Below, in pieces: positions 46,892 through 56,257 of a stretch of 64,000 nt of DNA. Below the pieces are notes generated by a model that had not been told where the DNA came from, did not search any database, and saw only the letters and a program-made list of their open reading frames with translations. The stretch comes from Deltaproteobacteria bacterium (lineage in GTDB: Bacteria; Desulfobacterota; Desulfomonilia; Desulfomonilales; Desulfomonilaceae), in contig JAPLJJ010000052.1 of the NCBI GenBank assembly GCA_026388665.1, positions 1,780 through 65,779 on the forward strand, written 5' to 3'. The translations under genes and the position numbers were made by a program. Position 1 is the first letter of the stretch. Each line of letters starts with the position of its first letter.

Positions 46892-48814
46892 TTAATTCTT
46901 GGCTAAGTTTATCAGACCACCGGCCAATAGAATCTTTAGTTCCCTAGGTGTCGCTTCAAGCCTGACACGAATTGATTTGCCTGAAGAAAGCTCCCTGGCT
47001 TCCAGTGAATCAGTTCCTTGTTCTAAGGATTTCCTTATCCCCGAAATCTTTAACCGATCTCCAAGTTTTAGAAGATCATAATCTTCCGGATTTTCAAATC
47101 TCAGGGGCAGAATACCAAAATTTATTAGATTGGCTTTGTGTATTCGTGCGAAGCTCTTGGCAAACTTGGCTCGTACCCCCAGGAATCTTGGGGCGATAGC
47201 CGCATGTTCACGAGACGACCCCTGACCATAATTTTCCCCTGCTACCACAAATACCGATCCGGCCTGTTTTGCTCTACCAGGGAAATCTTGGTCAACATTG
47301 TTGAAAACAAACTCGCTGATGGCCGGAATATTGCTTCTCAAGGGCAATACTTTGCTTCCGGCAGGCATAATATGATCGGTTGTGATGTTGTCGTTCACCT
47401 TCAAACCAATAACACCTTCAAGGTCATCGCCCAATGGAGCAAATTCTGGAAACGGTTTGATGTTCGGTCCCATTATCACTTCTACGGATTCCCCGGACTC
47501 AGGCGGGTAAATCAGATTCTCGTCATTAACCACGTATTTTTCAGGATTAGAAACCGCCGGATAATCACCTAGTTTCCTTGGGTCCGTTATTTTCCCGAAG
47601 ATCGCCGAGGCTACAGCAGTTTCCGGAGAACACAAATAAACGCTGTCCGGGAAGCTTCCGCTTCGACCAAGGAAATTCCTGGGGAAAGTCCTAAGCGATA
47701 CGGCCCCTGTCCCCGGGGCCTGTCCCATTCCTATACATCCCAAACACCCCGACTGATGAATACGCGCTCCACCTGTGATCAAATTGGTCAGACCGCCAAA
47801 AGACGCTACATTCAAAAGAGCCTGATTACTTCCAGGATTGATTTCAAAACTGATATCAGGGTGACAGTGACGGCCCTCCATGACTTTGGCCGTAATCATT
47901 AGATCTCGGAATGACGAATTAGCTGACGATCCCACTATTACTTGATTAACAGGAAGACCTTCGATTTCTGAGACCTTCTTCACATTATCAGGAGAACTTG
48001 GGCAGGCAATCATGGGTTCAAGAGTGGACAGATCAATTTCAATTATTTCGTAATATTTAGCATCAGGGTCCGCCAGTATTTCAGTCCACGCAGAATCCCT
48101 ACCCTGGCTCTTCAAAAACTCCTTGGTTCTGTGATCAGAGGGGAAAATACTCGTTGTCGCGCCTAATTCCGCCCCCATATTCCCAATCACGGCCCTGTCC
48201 GTCGATGACAAATCTGCAACGCCGGGACCAAAATATTCATAAATCTTGCCTACCCCTCCCTTGACCGACTGTCTCCGGAGAAGTTCCAGGATCACATCCT
48301 TTGCGGAAACCCATGGCTGCAATTTACCAAGAAGTCTGACACCCACGATCCTGGGCATATTCAAGTAGAACGGTTCACCGGCCATAGCCATAGCAACATC
48401 CAATCCTCCTGCTCCAATAGCCAACATACACATACCGCCATTGGTTGGTGTGTGGCTGTCCGATCCCAGTAGGGTTTTTCCTGGAACGCTAAACCGCTCC
48501 ATATGCACCTGGTGAGATACACCGTTACCGGGGCGGCTGAATACGACTCCAAACTTCGCTGCAGCGGTCCTTAGAAACCTATGATCGTCCGCGTTCTTGA
48601 AATCTGTCTGGAGAAGGTTGTGATCGACATAACTCACGGACAATTCTGTTCTCACCTGAGGAAGCTTCATTGCTATGAATTCCAAGACGACCATAGTTCC
48701 AGTCGCGTCTTGGGTTAGAGTATGATCAATTTTTATGGCTATTTCCGATCCAACTTCTATTTTACCTTTAACGAGGTGGGATTCTATGATTTTTTCCGCT
48801 ACCGTTTTACCCAT
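46892..48814 (-). CDS. aconitate hydratase family protein (short ~640-aa, 'Aquifex-type')
   Basis: IDHTLTQDATG, GSDSHTPTNGG, Fe-S ligand region SGCLGCIGMG, and a C-terminal swivel domain with GENYGQGSSREHAA. Confidence 0.85.
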   Translation of the reverse strand: MGKTVAEKIIESHLVKGKIEVGSEIAIKIDHTLTQDATGTMVVLEFIAMKLPQVRTELSVSYVDHNLLQTDFKNADDHRFLRTAAAKFGVVFSRPGNGVSHQVHMERFSVPGKTLLGSDSHTPTNGGMCMLAIGAGGLDVAMAMAGEPFYLNMPRIVGVRLLGKLQPWVSAKDVILELLRRQSVKGGVGKIYEYFGPGVADLSSTDRAVIGNMGAELGATTSIFPSDHRTKEFLKSQGRDSAWTEILADPDAKYYEIIEIDLSTLEPMIACPSSPDNVKKVSEIEGLPVNQVIVGSSANSSFRDLMITAKVMEGRHCHPDISFEINPGSNQALLNVASFGGLTNLITGGARIHQSGCLGCIGMGQAPGTGAVSLRTFPRNFLGRSGSFPDSVYLCSPETAVASAIFGKITDPRKLGDYPAVSNPEKYVVNDENLIYPPESGESVEVIMGPNIKPFPEFAPLGDDLEGVIGLKVNDNITTDHIMPAGSKVLPLRSNIPAISEFVFNNVDQDFPGRAKQAGSVFVVAGENYGQGSSREHAAIAPRFLGVRAKFAKSFARIHKANLINFGILPLRFENPEDYDLLKLGDRLKISGIRKSLEQGTDSLEARELSSGKSIRVRLEATPRELKILLAGGLINLAKN

Positions 48815-48878
48815 CTTTGACTTCCTCTATATTCCCGAACACTTTTTTATGTCATCCTGTTTTTTGATGAGACACCTT

Positions 48879-49607
48879 TTACCGCAATAACGGGATCCAA
48901 TACTGAACTGTGTTCTTCACCATCTGGTCTGCTCCCCCTTTGACTATTCTGTTGTGGCACGGCAATAGAATATCTATTTGAAGATTTGAAATAACTTCCA
49001 GAGATTCTTTCAATTTTTCGGCATCGGCTGAGAACAAGTCGTATCGGCCTACAGCGCCATCAGCATAAATGGTGTCACCGGATATAAAAATCCTTCTGGC
49101 CTCATCGTACAACCCAATGCTACCAATACTATGACCAGGAATGTGGACCACTCGAAAACTGTTTCCGTCTACGTCCAGAATCTCCTCTCCTTCGAGTTTT
49201 TTATCCACCTTGAACTCAAAGAAGCCAGCAGGAATGGCATATTGCGACCTAATCATGGATTCAAACATCTTGTTTCCATAAACAATCCTGTCATCACCCT
49301 GTTCAAGGTACATGGCTTCGTCTTTATGGACCCAAAGCTCTATGTGCGGACCTTGTTTCAGGAACTCACCTAGACAGCCTATGTGATCAAGGTGAGTATG
49401 AGTCATTATTATTCTTTTGACTTGTTTTATGGAGATCCCGTAGCTCTCTAGCTCACCCAGCTTGTAATCCCCCATCTCAACAATTCCACAATCAATTATT
49501 GTGAGATCGTCAGAGCCGACATTCCCCAAGACAAATATATGAGAATCCGGCATAAATCGGTCGCGCCCGGCTACCCACAGGATCCCTTCCGCCACTTTTT
49601 CTATCAC
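48879..49607 (-). CDS. MBL-fold metallo-hydrolase
   Basis: THTHLDHIG (HxHxDH motif), a later HIPGHS and a terminal CHN. Confidence 0.85.
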   Translation of the reverse strand: MIEKVAEGILWVAGRDRFMPDSHIFVLGNVGSDDLTIIDCGIVEMGDYKLGELESYGISIKQVKRIIMTHTHLDHIGCLGEFLKQGPHIELWVHKDEAMYLEQGDDRIVYGNKMFESMIRSQYAIPAGFFEFKVDKKLEGEEILDVDGNSFRVVHIPGHSIGSIGLYDEARRIFISGDTIYADGAVGRYDLFSADAEKLKESLEVISNLQIDILLPCHNRIVKGGADQMVKNTVQYWIPLLR

Positions 49608-49651
49608 TTTCTAACTCCATTCGATCTAATTGGTCATCTCTGAAAAAAATT

Positions 49652-50587
49652 CTACAGAAAAACCCATTTCCAGTCATTTTCCGGAAGAAGATTCTTTTTA
49701 ATCTGGTCCGTATATTGTTGCATTATAATCCACTCGCCCCGACCAAAAGCCACAGGATCCGGATTTGAACCATTTAGCGAAAATATGGTCCCCTGAGCAG
49801 TGAAGAATCGAGGAGCCGCCGGATTCCCTCTTATACCGGTTGGTTCTCCGATGAAAATGAGCTTCTCATTCCTAACGACCGGCCTGAGCAATGTGAACTC
49901 CAATCTCACCGAGAGACCTGCTGCTTTAGTCAGCATGAATCCCGCCCAAGCGGTGTTTTCATCGAAAATGGATATTAGCGCCGCTGGATGTAATTCCTCT
50001 TTCGAAATCAGGAATAACGCCGCCCTATCGAAATCGTCCGAATTGAAACCCCAAGGAACAGTGACCTGTACTATTGAGTCGGTTTGGTGTAATCTGAATC
50101 TGCGCTGTAGCCCTGGATCGGTTCTCGCGTGTCCACACACAAAACAATTCCTATAATATGGTAGGGCTCGGAAATTATCATAATCCGTCAATAGGGTGGT
50201 CGGGACTGACTCTAGCGGTTGATTACCGGTTATCTCTGCTCTAAGATAAGGTTTTTTGTCCCCATTCTTGGTAATTTTCATGTCTAAACCGGACTGAGAA
50301 GTAGTGAGCCGCTCAATTTGAAAGAGGGCCTCATCACCAATACGTATGCCGGATCCACCAAACTTGAAATTCACGGTAACAGGATAGTCGGGCTTCCCTA
50401 TTTTCCTCCAGGCGTCCAAACACAATCCCATGCCTATTCCGCCATGAGGAATTCCGACAAAACCTTCGTGTTTAAGTTCGAAACAAATTTTCGAAACATA
50501 GTTACTATCCGATATTGTCTGCAACTCCATCGGCACAAAGGGATCATTCCCGGTAAGAAATGAATAAGGATTATCTTTGAACAGCAT
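49652..50587 (-). CDS. hypothetical protein, possibly double hotdog-fold (PaaI-type thioesterase-like)
   Basis: GFVGIPHGGIGMGLCLDAW in the N-half and CFVCGHARTDPGLQRRFRL in the C-half resemble PaaI/hotdog signatures. It lies downstream of a thiolase gene. Weak, motif-level only. Confidence 0.4.
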   Translation of the reverse strand: MLFKDNPYSFLTGNDPFVPMELQTISDSNYVSKICFELKHEGFVGIPHGGIGMGLCLDAWRKIGKPDYPVTVNFKFGGSGIRIGDEALFQIERLTTSQSGLDMKITKNGDKKPYLRAEITGNQPLESVPTTLLTDYDNFRALPYYRNCFVCGHARTDPGLQRRFRLHQTDSIVQVTVPWGFNSDDFDRAALFLISKEELHPAALISIFDENTAWAGFMLTKAAGLSVRLEFTLLRPVVRNEKLIFIGEPTGIRGNPAAPRFFTAQGTIFSLNGSNPDPVAFGRGEWIIMQQYTDQIKKNLLPENDWKWVFL

Positions 50588-50624
50588 AGTCCAACCCTAC
50601 TTGAAATTATTCTATGAAACTAAA

Positions 50625-50658
50625 CAGGGGCCGACAATTCAATCAAGCTCGGCCCCTG
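50625..50658 (-). terminator. rho-independent terminator after the thiolase gene
   Basis: CAGGGGCCGA / TCGGCCCCTG 10-bp GC-rich stem with a 14-nt loop. On the minus strand it is followed by TTTAGTTTCAT. Confidence 0.55.
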
Positions 50659-50682
50659 TAATTGTATGCGTTCAGCAAATAT

Positions 50683-51867
50683 CTAACGATCGATGAACAG
50701 AGATACGGCTTCCCCACCCCCTAGACATAGCGAAGCCATTCCTGTTTTAGCGTTTCGAGCCCGCATTGCATATATTAATGTCGTTAACACTCGCGCGCCA
50801 CTTGCGCCAATCGGGTGGCCAAGCGAAACTGATCCTCCATTAACATTGCATTTCTGAATGTCCAATCCTAATTCTCGGATTACCCCAATAGTCGAACCGG
50901 CAAAAGCTTCGTTAATTTCCATCAGGTCGATAGATTTGTAATCTATACCTTCTTTAGCTGCGACTTTCGGTATGGAAAGCATAGGCGCCATTAAGACATA
51001 TTTCATGTCCAGACCAGCGCTTCCCTGAGCGCCGACTCGGGCAAGGATTTCCAAGCCTTTGCGCTTGGCGACTTCCTCAGCCATAACACACAGTGCGCTA
51101 GCGCCATCAGATATTACCGACGCGTTCCCTGCCGTGGCGACACCGTTCTTTTGAAATGCCGGCTTCATGCGGCTAAGAACCTCATATGAGGTTTCCTTGG
51201 CGCACTCGTCAGTGTCAAAGACTTTGGGGTCACCCTTTTTTTGCGGGATGATTACCGGCATGATTTCTTCTTTGAATCTTCCCGTCTTGATTGATTCAAT
51301 GGAACGCTCGTAACTCAATGCCGCGTACTTGTCTTGATCTTCTCTGGAAATGTTATATTTTTCACTGCAAAGATCGTTGCTTATTCCCATGTGAAAATCA
51401 TTAACTATGTCCCAAAGACCATCGTGAACCATGTGATCGAAAAGCACGCCGTTATTCATACGGTACCCGAACCGAGCCTTCTCAAGATAATATGGGGCAG
51501 CGCTCATGTTTTCCATGCCACCGGCAACAACAACATCAGCATCCCCGAGTTGAATGGCCTGGGCGGCAAGCATCACGGCTTTAAGACCTGATCCACAAAC
51601 CTTGTTAATTGTGAAGCACTGGGTCTCGAAAGGAAGACCTCCTTGAAGTGACGCCTGTCTGGCTGGATTTTGACCATAACCACAGGGCAAAACTTGCCCC
51701 ATGATCACTTCGTCTACCTCAGTTTTTTCGATTCCCGCCCGTTTCACAGCTTCTTCGATAACCAGTCCACCGAGTTTAGTCGTGCCTATCCCGCCTAAAG
51801 TCCCGTTAAAGACGCCTAAGGGAGTCCTAGTAGCGCTTACGATCACTGCCTCACGTAGCGATTTCAT
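50683..51867 (-). CDS. acetyl-CoA C-acetyltransferase (thiolase II)
   Basis: Active-site Cys block [28 protein letters not shown], and terminal CLGGGEAVS. Confidence 0.9.
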   Translation of the reverse strand: MKSLREAVIVSATRTPLGVFNGTLGGIGTTKLGGLVIEEAVKRAGIEKTEVDEVIMGQVLPCGYGQNPARQASLQGGLPFETQCFTINKVCGSGLKAVMLAAQAIQLGDADVVVAGGMENMSAAPYYLEKARFGYRMNNGVLFDHMVHDGLWDIVNDFHMGISNDLCSEKYNISREDQDKYAALSYERSIESIKTGRFKEEIMPVIIPQKKGDPKVFDTDECAKETSYEVLSRMKPAFQKNGVATAGNASVISDGASALCVMAEEVAKRKGLEILARVGAQGSAGLDMKYVLMAPMLSIPKVAAKEGIDYKSIDLMEINEAFAGSTIGVIRELGLDIQKCNVNGGSVSLGHPIGASGARVLTTLIYAMRARNAKTGMASLCLGGGEAVSLFIDR

Positions 51868-51986
51868 ACATACTTCCTTTCAGTTTATTTTGTATGGCGC
51901 AGATATGTTTCAGAATAACAAGCGTTAGCAGCAAAAGATCTACTCCAATTAAACCTGACTTCATGGATTCAAAACGCGGGTCACAA

Positions 51987-53063
51987 CTAAAGATACCGTT
52001 CAATCAAGATCTCTGCGATTTGAACAGCGTTCAGGGCTGCTCCTTTAAGAATATTATCAGACACGATCCACAAATTGAGCCCTTTATCTATGGATTCATC
52101 CTCCCGAATTCGTCCTACGAGGGTAAAGTCTTCACCCATAGCTAATGCGGTCAAGGGGTATTCATTCTTGGATGGATCGTCCAAAACTTTTACTCCAGGA
52201 GCGTTTCGCAACAAATCTCGCGCCTCTTGAGCGCTAAGTTTTTTCTCTGTTTCTATGTTAACGGATTCCGAATGCCCAAAAAATGTGGGTACTCTGACCG
52301 CAGTAGCAGTTACTTTAATTTTGGGATCCAGGATCTTCCCTGTCTCCCAAACCATTTTCATTTCTTCTTTTGTGTAATTATTAGGCAAAAATACATCGAT
52401 GTGCGGCAAACATTCAAAAGCAATACGGTGTGGGTAAACATTTGTTTCCACTTTTCGGAACGGCTTCAACCCTTCCCAAAGCTTGTTCAAGCCGGTGTTT
52501 TTGTTCCAATCAAGCTTATTAGATATTTCGCGAGATTGAACAAGCATTTCTTCCAATGCGTCTTTGCCTGTTCCTGAAACGGATTGATATGTAGAAACAA
52601 CAATTCGTTTGATTGTCGCGGCATCGTGAATAGGCTTTAGAGCCACCAACATCTGGATTGTAGAACAATTGGGGTTTGCAATGATGTTCTTGACAGTATA
52701 ATTAGCGATCTGCTCAGGATTTACTTCAGGGACTACAAGGGGCACTTCCGGATCCATCCTGAAATGAGCTGTATTGTCCACCACCACACAACCGGCTCGA
52801 GCGGCTACGGGTGCGAACTTGGCGCTTATGGATCCGCCCGCCGAGAATAATCCGATGTCTACACCTTCAAAAGACGATTCCTTTAGCTCCAGCACTGGAT
52901 GTTCTTCTCCACTAAATCGCAACGTCCTCCCCGATGAACGACCTGAAGCCAACAAGACTATATCTTTTACTGGAAATGACCGTCGCTCCAGGACTGAGAT
53001 CATCATGTTTCCCACAGCCCCAGTCGCTCCGACTACTGCAACTTTATAACCATCTTTTTTCAT
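51987..53063 (-). CDS. asd: aspartate-semialdehyde dehydrogenase
   Basis: VAVVGATGAVG, active-site IANPNCSTI, YQSVSGTG, and a typical length of 358 aa. Confidence 0.95.
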   Translation of the reverse strand: MKKDGYKVAVVGATGAVGNMMISVLERRSFPVKDIVLLASGRSSGRTLRFSGEEHPVLELKESSFEGVDIGLFSAGGSISAKFAPVAARAGCVVVDNTAHFRMDPEVPLVVPEVNPEQIANYTVKNIIANPNCSTIQMLVALKPIHDAATIKRIVVSTYQSVSGTGKDALEEMLVQSREISNKLDWNKNTGLNKLWEGLKPFRKVETNVYPHRIAFECLPHIDVFLPNNYTKEEMKMVWETGKILDPKIKVTATAVRVPTFFGHSESVNIETEKKLSAQEARDLLRNAPGVKVLDDPSKNEYPLTALAMGEDFTLVGRIREDESIDKGLNLWIVSDNILKGAALNAVQIAEILIERYL

Positions 53064-53123
53064 TTCTACCTCAACTACGGTAAGTTTTCATGAATTTCAC
53101 ATAATAGAACCGAATCAACGAAT

Positions 53124-53456
53124 CTAGTTCTTTGGACGAGTCGTTCCCTGGACCTGTCCGTCGTTGAGTTGATCCACTGGGATTCGTTGTATTGATATGT
53201 CGCCTGATGCGTTGTCCTTTTTAAAGATCCAGACTCTCCCGGTTTCAGAGTCCAACATAAACGTGTGACCTTTTATGTTTGGTGAGACAAATACCTGAAA
53301 TCGTCCCGAGCCCGTCAGATAACCCCCGGATTCCCCAGTCTTTGTCGATCCGGGAGGCAGCTCCTTGCCCAGAGGCCATTGCGCCAATACCGGGACATCC
53401 CAAGCGGTTAACAGGACAAAAAGCATACAGGTCATGGACAGAAAGCGCTTTATCAT
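53124..53456 (-). CDS. small secreted hypothetical protein
   Basis: MIKRFLSMTCMLFVLLTAWDVPVLAQ is signal-peptide-like. No recognisable family. Confidence 0.4.
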   Translation of the reverse strand: MIKRFLSMTCMLFVLLTAWDVPVLAQWPLGKELPPGSTKTGESGGYLTGSGRFQVFVSPNIKGHTFMLDSETGRVWIFKKDNASGDISIQRIPVDQLNDGQVQGTTRPKN

Positions 53457-53709
53457 GTGTGTCTCTCTCATGTCACTATTTCTCTTTAGTTATACTCATC
53501 AAGTTCCAAAGCGTCAAAGTGATTTGATTGGGATTCAATAAATCAAATGGACATCTGGGCGAGACAAGCTTGACCTAACATATCTTTCTGTGCTATTATT
53601 GATCTATTAATTCCATAGCGTTATGTCTGTAATAATAACTATTCTTTTAACTTTTTAAGTGGTTGTTCTGACTTCAAAGCGCCGTCTTTTTTGATAAAGA
53701 TTTAATATT

Positions 53710-54492
53710 ATGAGAAAAAATATTCTTATTATAACCAGTTTAGTTTTTTTATTGACATGTTTTATTACAACCGGATTTTGCGGCATAACCGCGGACGATA
53801 TAATCAAGAGGGTTGCGGAACGGAATTTCAAAGACAGCTTTCGAGTAGCTTTGACAATTGAGACGTTCAAGGGCCAAAAACCTCCTTCAATGCAAGCCCT
53901 CTGGGTATCCGGCAAACTACAGAGAGGGGTGGCTGATTTCTTTTTTGATTTCGATGAACCCAAGGAATCCAAAGGACTTCGTTTCTTACTCCAGATTCGG
54001 CCAAATCAGGACCCCAAAGTGTATATGCATTTGCCTGCCACGGGGAAAACTCTGCCGGTCGTTAGTGATGACGCCTCATTCGATATTGGAGGGACAGGAC
54101 TAAATACGGAAGACATCCTTGGTTTTGTGCCACGAGCTGGAGAAAAGCACTCCATCGTCCGGGAAGAAAAGTTCGACGGCCAAGACTGTTGGGTGATCCA
54201 AACACTCAAGACCGGAAAGAAGGGTGAACACCATGCATGGGTTCGCAAGAGTGACTTTACCGTTGTCAAATCCGAAGACTTAGACGCAAACAATCAAACC
54301 ACAAGATCTTACCGTGTAATCAAGTTCTTCAAGACACAAGATGGTCGAGAATTCTCAAGAGAAGAAGAAATTAAGATACCTAAAAAGAATACTCGTATTT
54401 TGGTAAGGCAGGATCATGCGGTTTTTGGAATTGAGCTTGCGAACGAATTATTTGATCCTGAAAAATTTGGGACATTCAAGTGGAAAGACTAA
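53710..54492 (+). CDS. LolA-like outer-membrane lipoprotein-sorting family protein
   Basis: Signal peptide, then TADDIIKRVAERNFKDSF and a beta-rich body (DCWVIQTLK...). This resembles the LolA_like / outer-membrane lipoprotein-sorting family as I remember it. Confidence 0.55.
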   Translation: MRKNILIITSLVFLLTCFITTGFCGITADDIIKRVAERNFKDSFRVALTIETFKGQKPPSMQALWVSGKLQRGVADFFFDFDEPKESKGLRFLLQIRPNQDPKVYMHLPATGKTLPVVSDDASFDIGGTGLNTEDILGFVPRAGEKHSIVREEKFDGQDCWVIQTLKTGKKGEHHAWVRKSDFTVVKSEDLDANNQTTRSYRVIKFFKTQDGREFSREEEIKIPKKNTRILVRQDHAVFGIELANELFDPEKFGTFKWKD

Positions 54493-54560
54493 CAAATCAT
54501 AATCTTTCTAGCAACATGAGAAGTTCTATATTCACATTCCGATTGGTAAGTTTCAAGGCC

Positions 54561-55058
54561 ATGCGATTTTTCGGAATTTTTTTTGCCATGATCCTGTTAA
54601 CCGGTTCACTCTCAGGTTGCGCTTCAATAACTCGGATGCAGAACAGCATGGAGCAGATGACCTATTACATGGGCGTAGTGGCCTCATCCATGCCGCAAAT
54701 GGCCTTCAGCACAAAGCGTATGGCAGATACCGCTGACGGGCTTCAACATAAATCCGACGGAATAATGAGCGAGTTTCAAAAGAAGGGGGCTGTAACAGAA
54801 AAAGCTGTTCAAAATTACGCTCAAACGTTCATAGACAATGAGAGGGCTGTCATCAAGAATTTGCAAGGAATCAAACAGGAATTGGCCGATTTGAAGCAAA
54901 CACAACCCAAAATCGGACCAGGCGAGTTGTCATCGAAGAACCAGGAAAAAGTCAACGCAGCCATAATGGAGCGAGTGGGTAAACTTGAAGCTCAAATTCA
55001 GACTCTGGTTTCAAAACTTAACAAGACAAGCGAGTCAGGGACAAGTCCGAGCCGTTAA
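54561..55058 (+). CDS. hypothetical lipoprotein with coiled-coil C-terminus
   Basis: MRFFGIFFAMILLTGSLSGC is a canonical lipoprotein signal (LSGC lipobox). The longer GTG-54480 start would overlap the previous gene. Confidence 0.5.
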   Translation: MRFFGIFFAMILLTGSLSGCASITRMQNSMEQMTYYMGVVASSMPQMAFSTKRMADTADGLQHKSDGIMSEFQKKGAVTEKAVQNYAQTFIDNERAVIKNLQGIKQELADLKQTQPKIGPGELSSKNQEKVNAAIMERVGKLEAQIQTLVSKLNKTSESGTSPSR

Positions 55059-55099
55059 CCAAAAACATACCTCACAATTTCCGCTCTTCCAATTCAGCA

Positions 55100-56257
55100 T
55101 CAATGAATTTCAAGATGAACTTCTTTTCCCATACTGCGCAGCATCGAAGCTATAGATTTGACGCTACGGCTCTTGAATCCCATTTCCTGGGGTAAATTAG
55201 GGTTCAGGTGAGCCGGGTTTATGGCTTGTCCCAGAAAGATATTGATACAATCAGAAACCAGAAATTCTCTGGCAAGTAAGCTCGCTCCGTCACGCAACCC
55301 AGATAATTCATCAATATCTTTAATCTTACGAAGAATCTCCAGGGAATGGTTAACGGTGTGGACCCCTTCGGTGACCAGATCAAGTCCTTCCATTTTTCCG
55401 GTCGGTGGAATTTTATTTGTCATTGTTGACAGATCAACAGTCACGTCTTTACCCAAGACCTTTGCGAGAATGCCTGCCGTGGTTCCACCGCTAACAATCT
55501 TACGACCCGGTAAAGAAAGAAAGCGTTTCGCGACCTCTTCGTCATCATCACGTCTGACGGGTGGTCCTATCATGAATGCGCCAAATCGCTTTAGCCTTAT
55601 TTTTAGCACACCTACGGTAGTGTCATCTCCTGGACGATCCTCGTAAAGCTGTTTGGCTTGATCGACCAGCACCTGAGCCACCTTCTGGGCGGAAACGTCT
55701 TCATACACCTGAGTTTCCAGGAACTTGGCTATTTTCTCCCAATCCCAACCAAGATTCAGAAGACCGCCAATGCCAGCGTGGATCTCCCCGTCACTAACAG
55801 TAACCAGCCAATCTCCTGCCTCGGCGTGAACATGAGCTTCGCGTATTTTTCGTGATCCTATAGTTCTATCTCTATAGTTTAATTTACTTACATATCCTCT
55901 CTTGAAATAAAAGGTCGGAGGATTATCAAACTCAGCGAGATAAACCCTGCCGTCTTCCTTCACTTTCAACAATGTAAAAGTGCTATACGCTATCTTCCTA
56001 ACCTTGCATTCCGGCAAAGTGTCGGTGAGCGTTTCTACGACTTCTTCCAGAGGAAGGCCCCTTTCCAGCAATCTCGTAGCTATTTTCGTAGTTAAGGTCG
56101 CCAGGATATTCGCCTTCACCCCACTCCCCAAGCCATCGGACAGAACCATTAATTTCCCATCGCCTATAGGAGCCACGGACAGGGAGTCACCGCAAAGAAT
56201 TTCACCATGTTTGCAAACAGATGCGCCCCCTGATTCAATGTACAGAGGTTGACTCAT
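55100..56257 (-). CDS. PP2C/SpoIIE-family protein phosphatase with an uncharacterised ~170-aa C-terminal domain
   Basis: CGDS, MVLSDGLGSGVKANILA and RPGDDTTVGVL are the metal-binding Asp blocks of SpoIIE-type PP2C. The C-terminal part (IVSGGTTAGILAKVLG...) is not recognised. The ATG overlaps the upstream stop (ATGA). Confidence 0.75.
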   Translation of the reverse strand: MSQPLYIESGGASVCKHGEILCGDSLSVAPIGDGKLMVLSDGLGSGVKANILATLTTKIATRLLERGLPLEEVVETLTDTLPECKVRKIAYSTFTLLKVKEDGRVYLAEFDNPPTFYFKRGYVSKLNYRDRTIGSRKIREAHVHAEAGDWLVTVSDGEIHAGIGGLLNLGWDWEKIAKFLETQVYEDVSAQKVAQVLVDQAKQLYEDRPGDDTTVGVLKIRLKRFGAFMIGPPVRRDDDEEVAKRFLSLPGRKIVSGGTTAGILAKVLGKDVTVDLSTMTNKIPPTGKMEGLDLVTEGVHTVNHSLEILRKIKDIDELSGLRDGASLLAREFLVSDCINIFLGQAINPAHLNPNLPQEMGFKSRSVKSIASMLRSMGKEVHLEIH

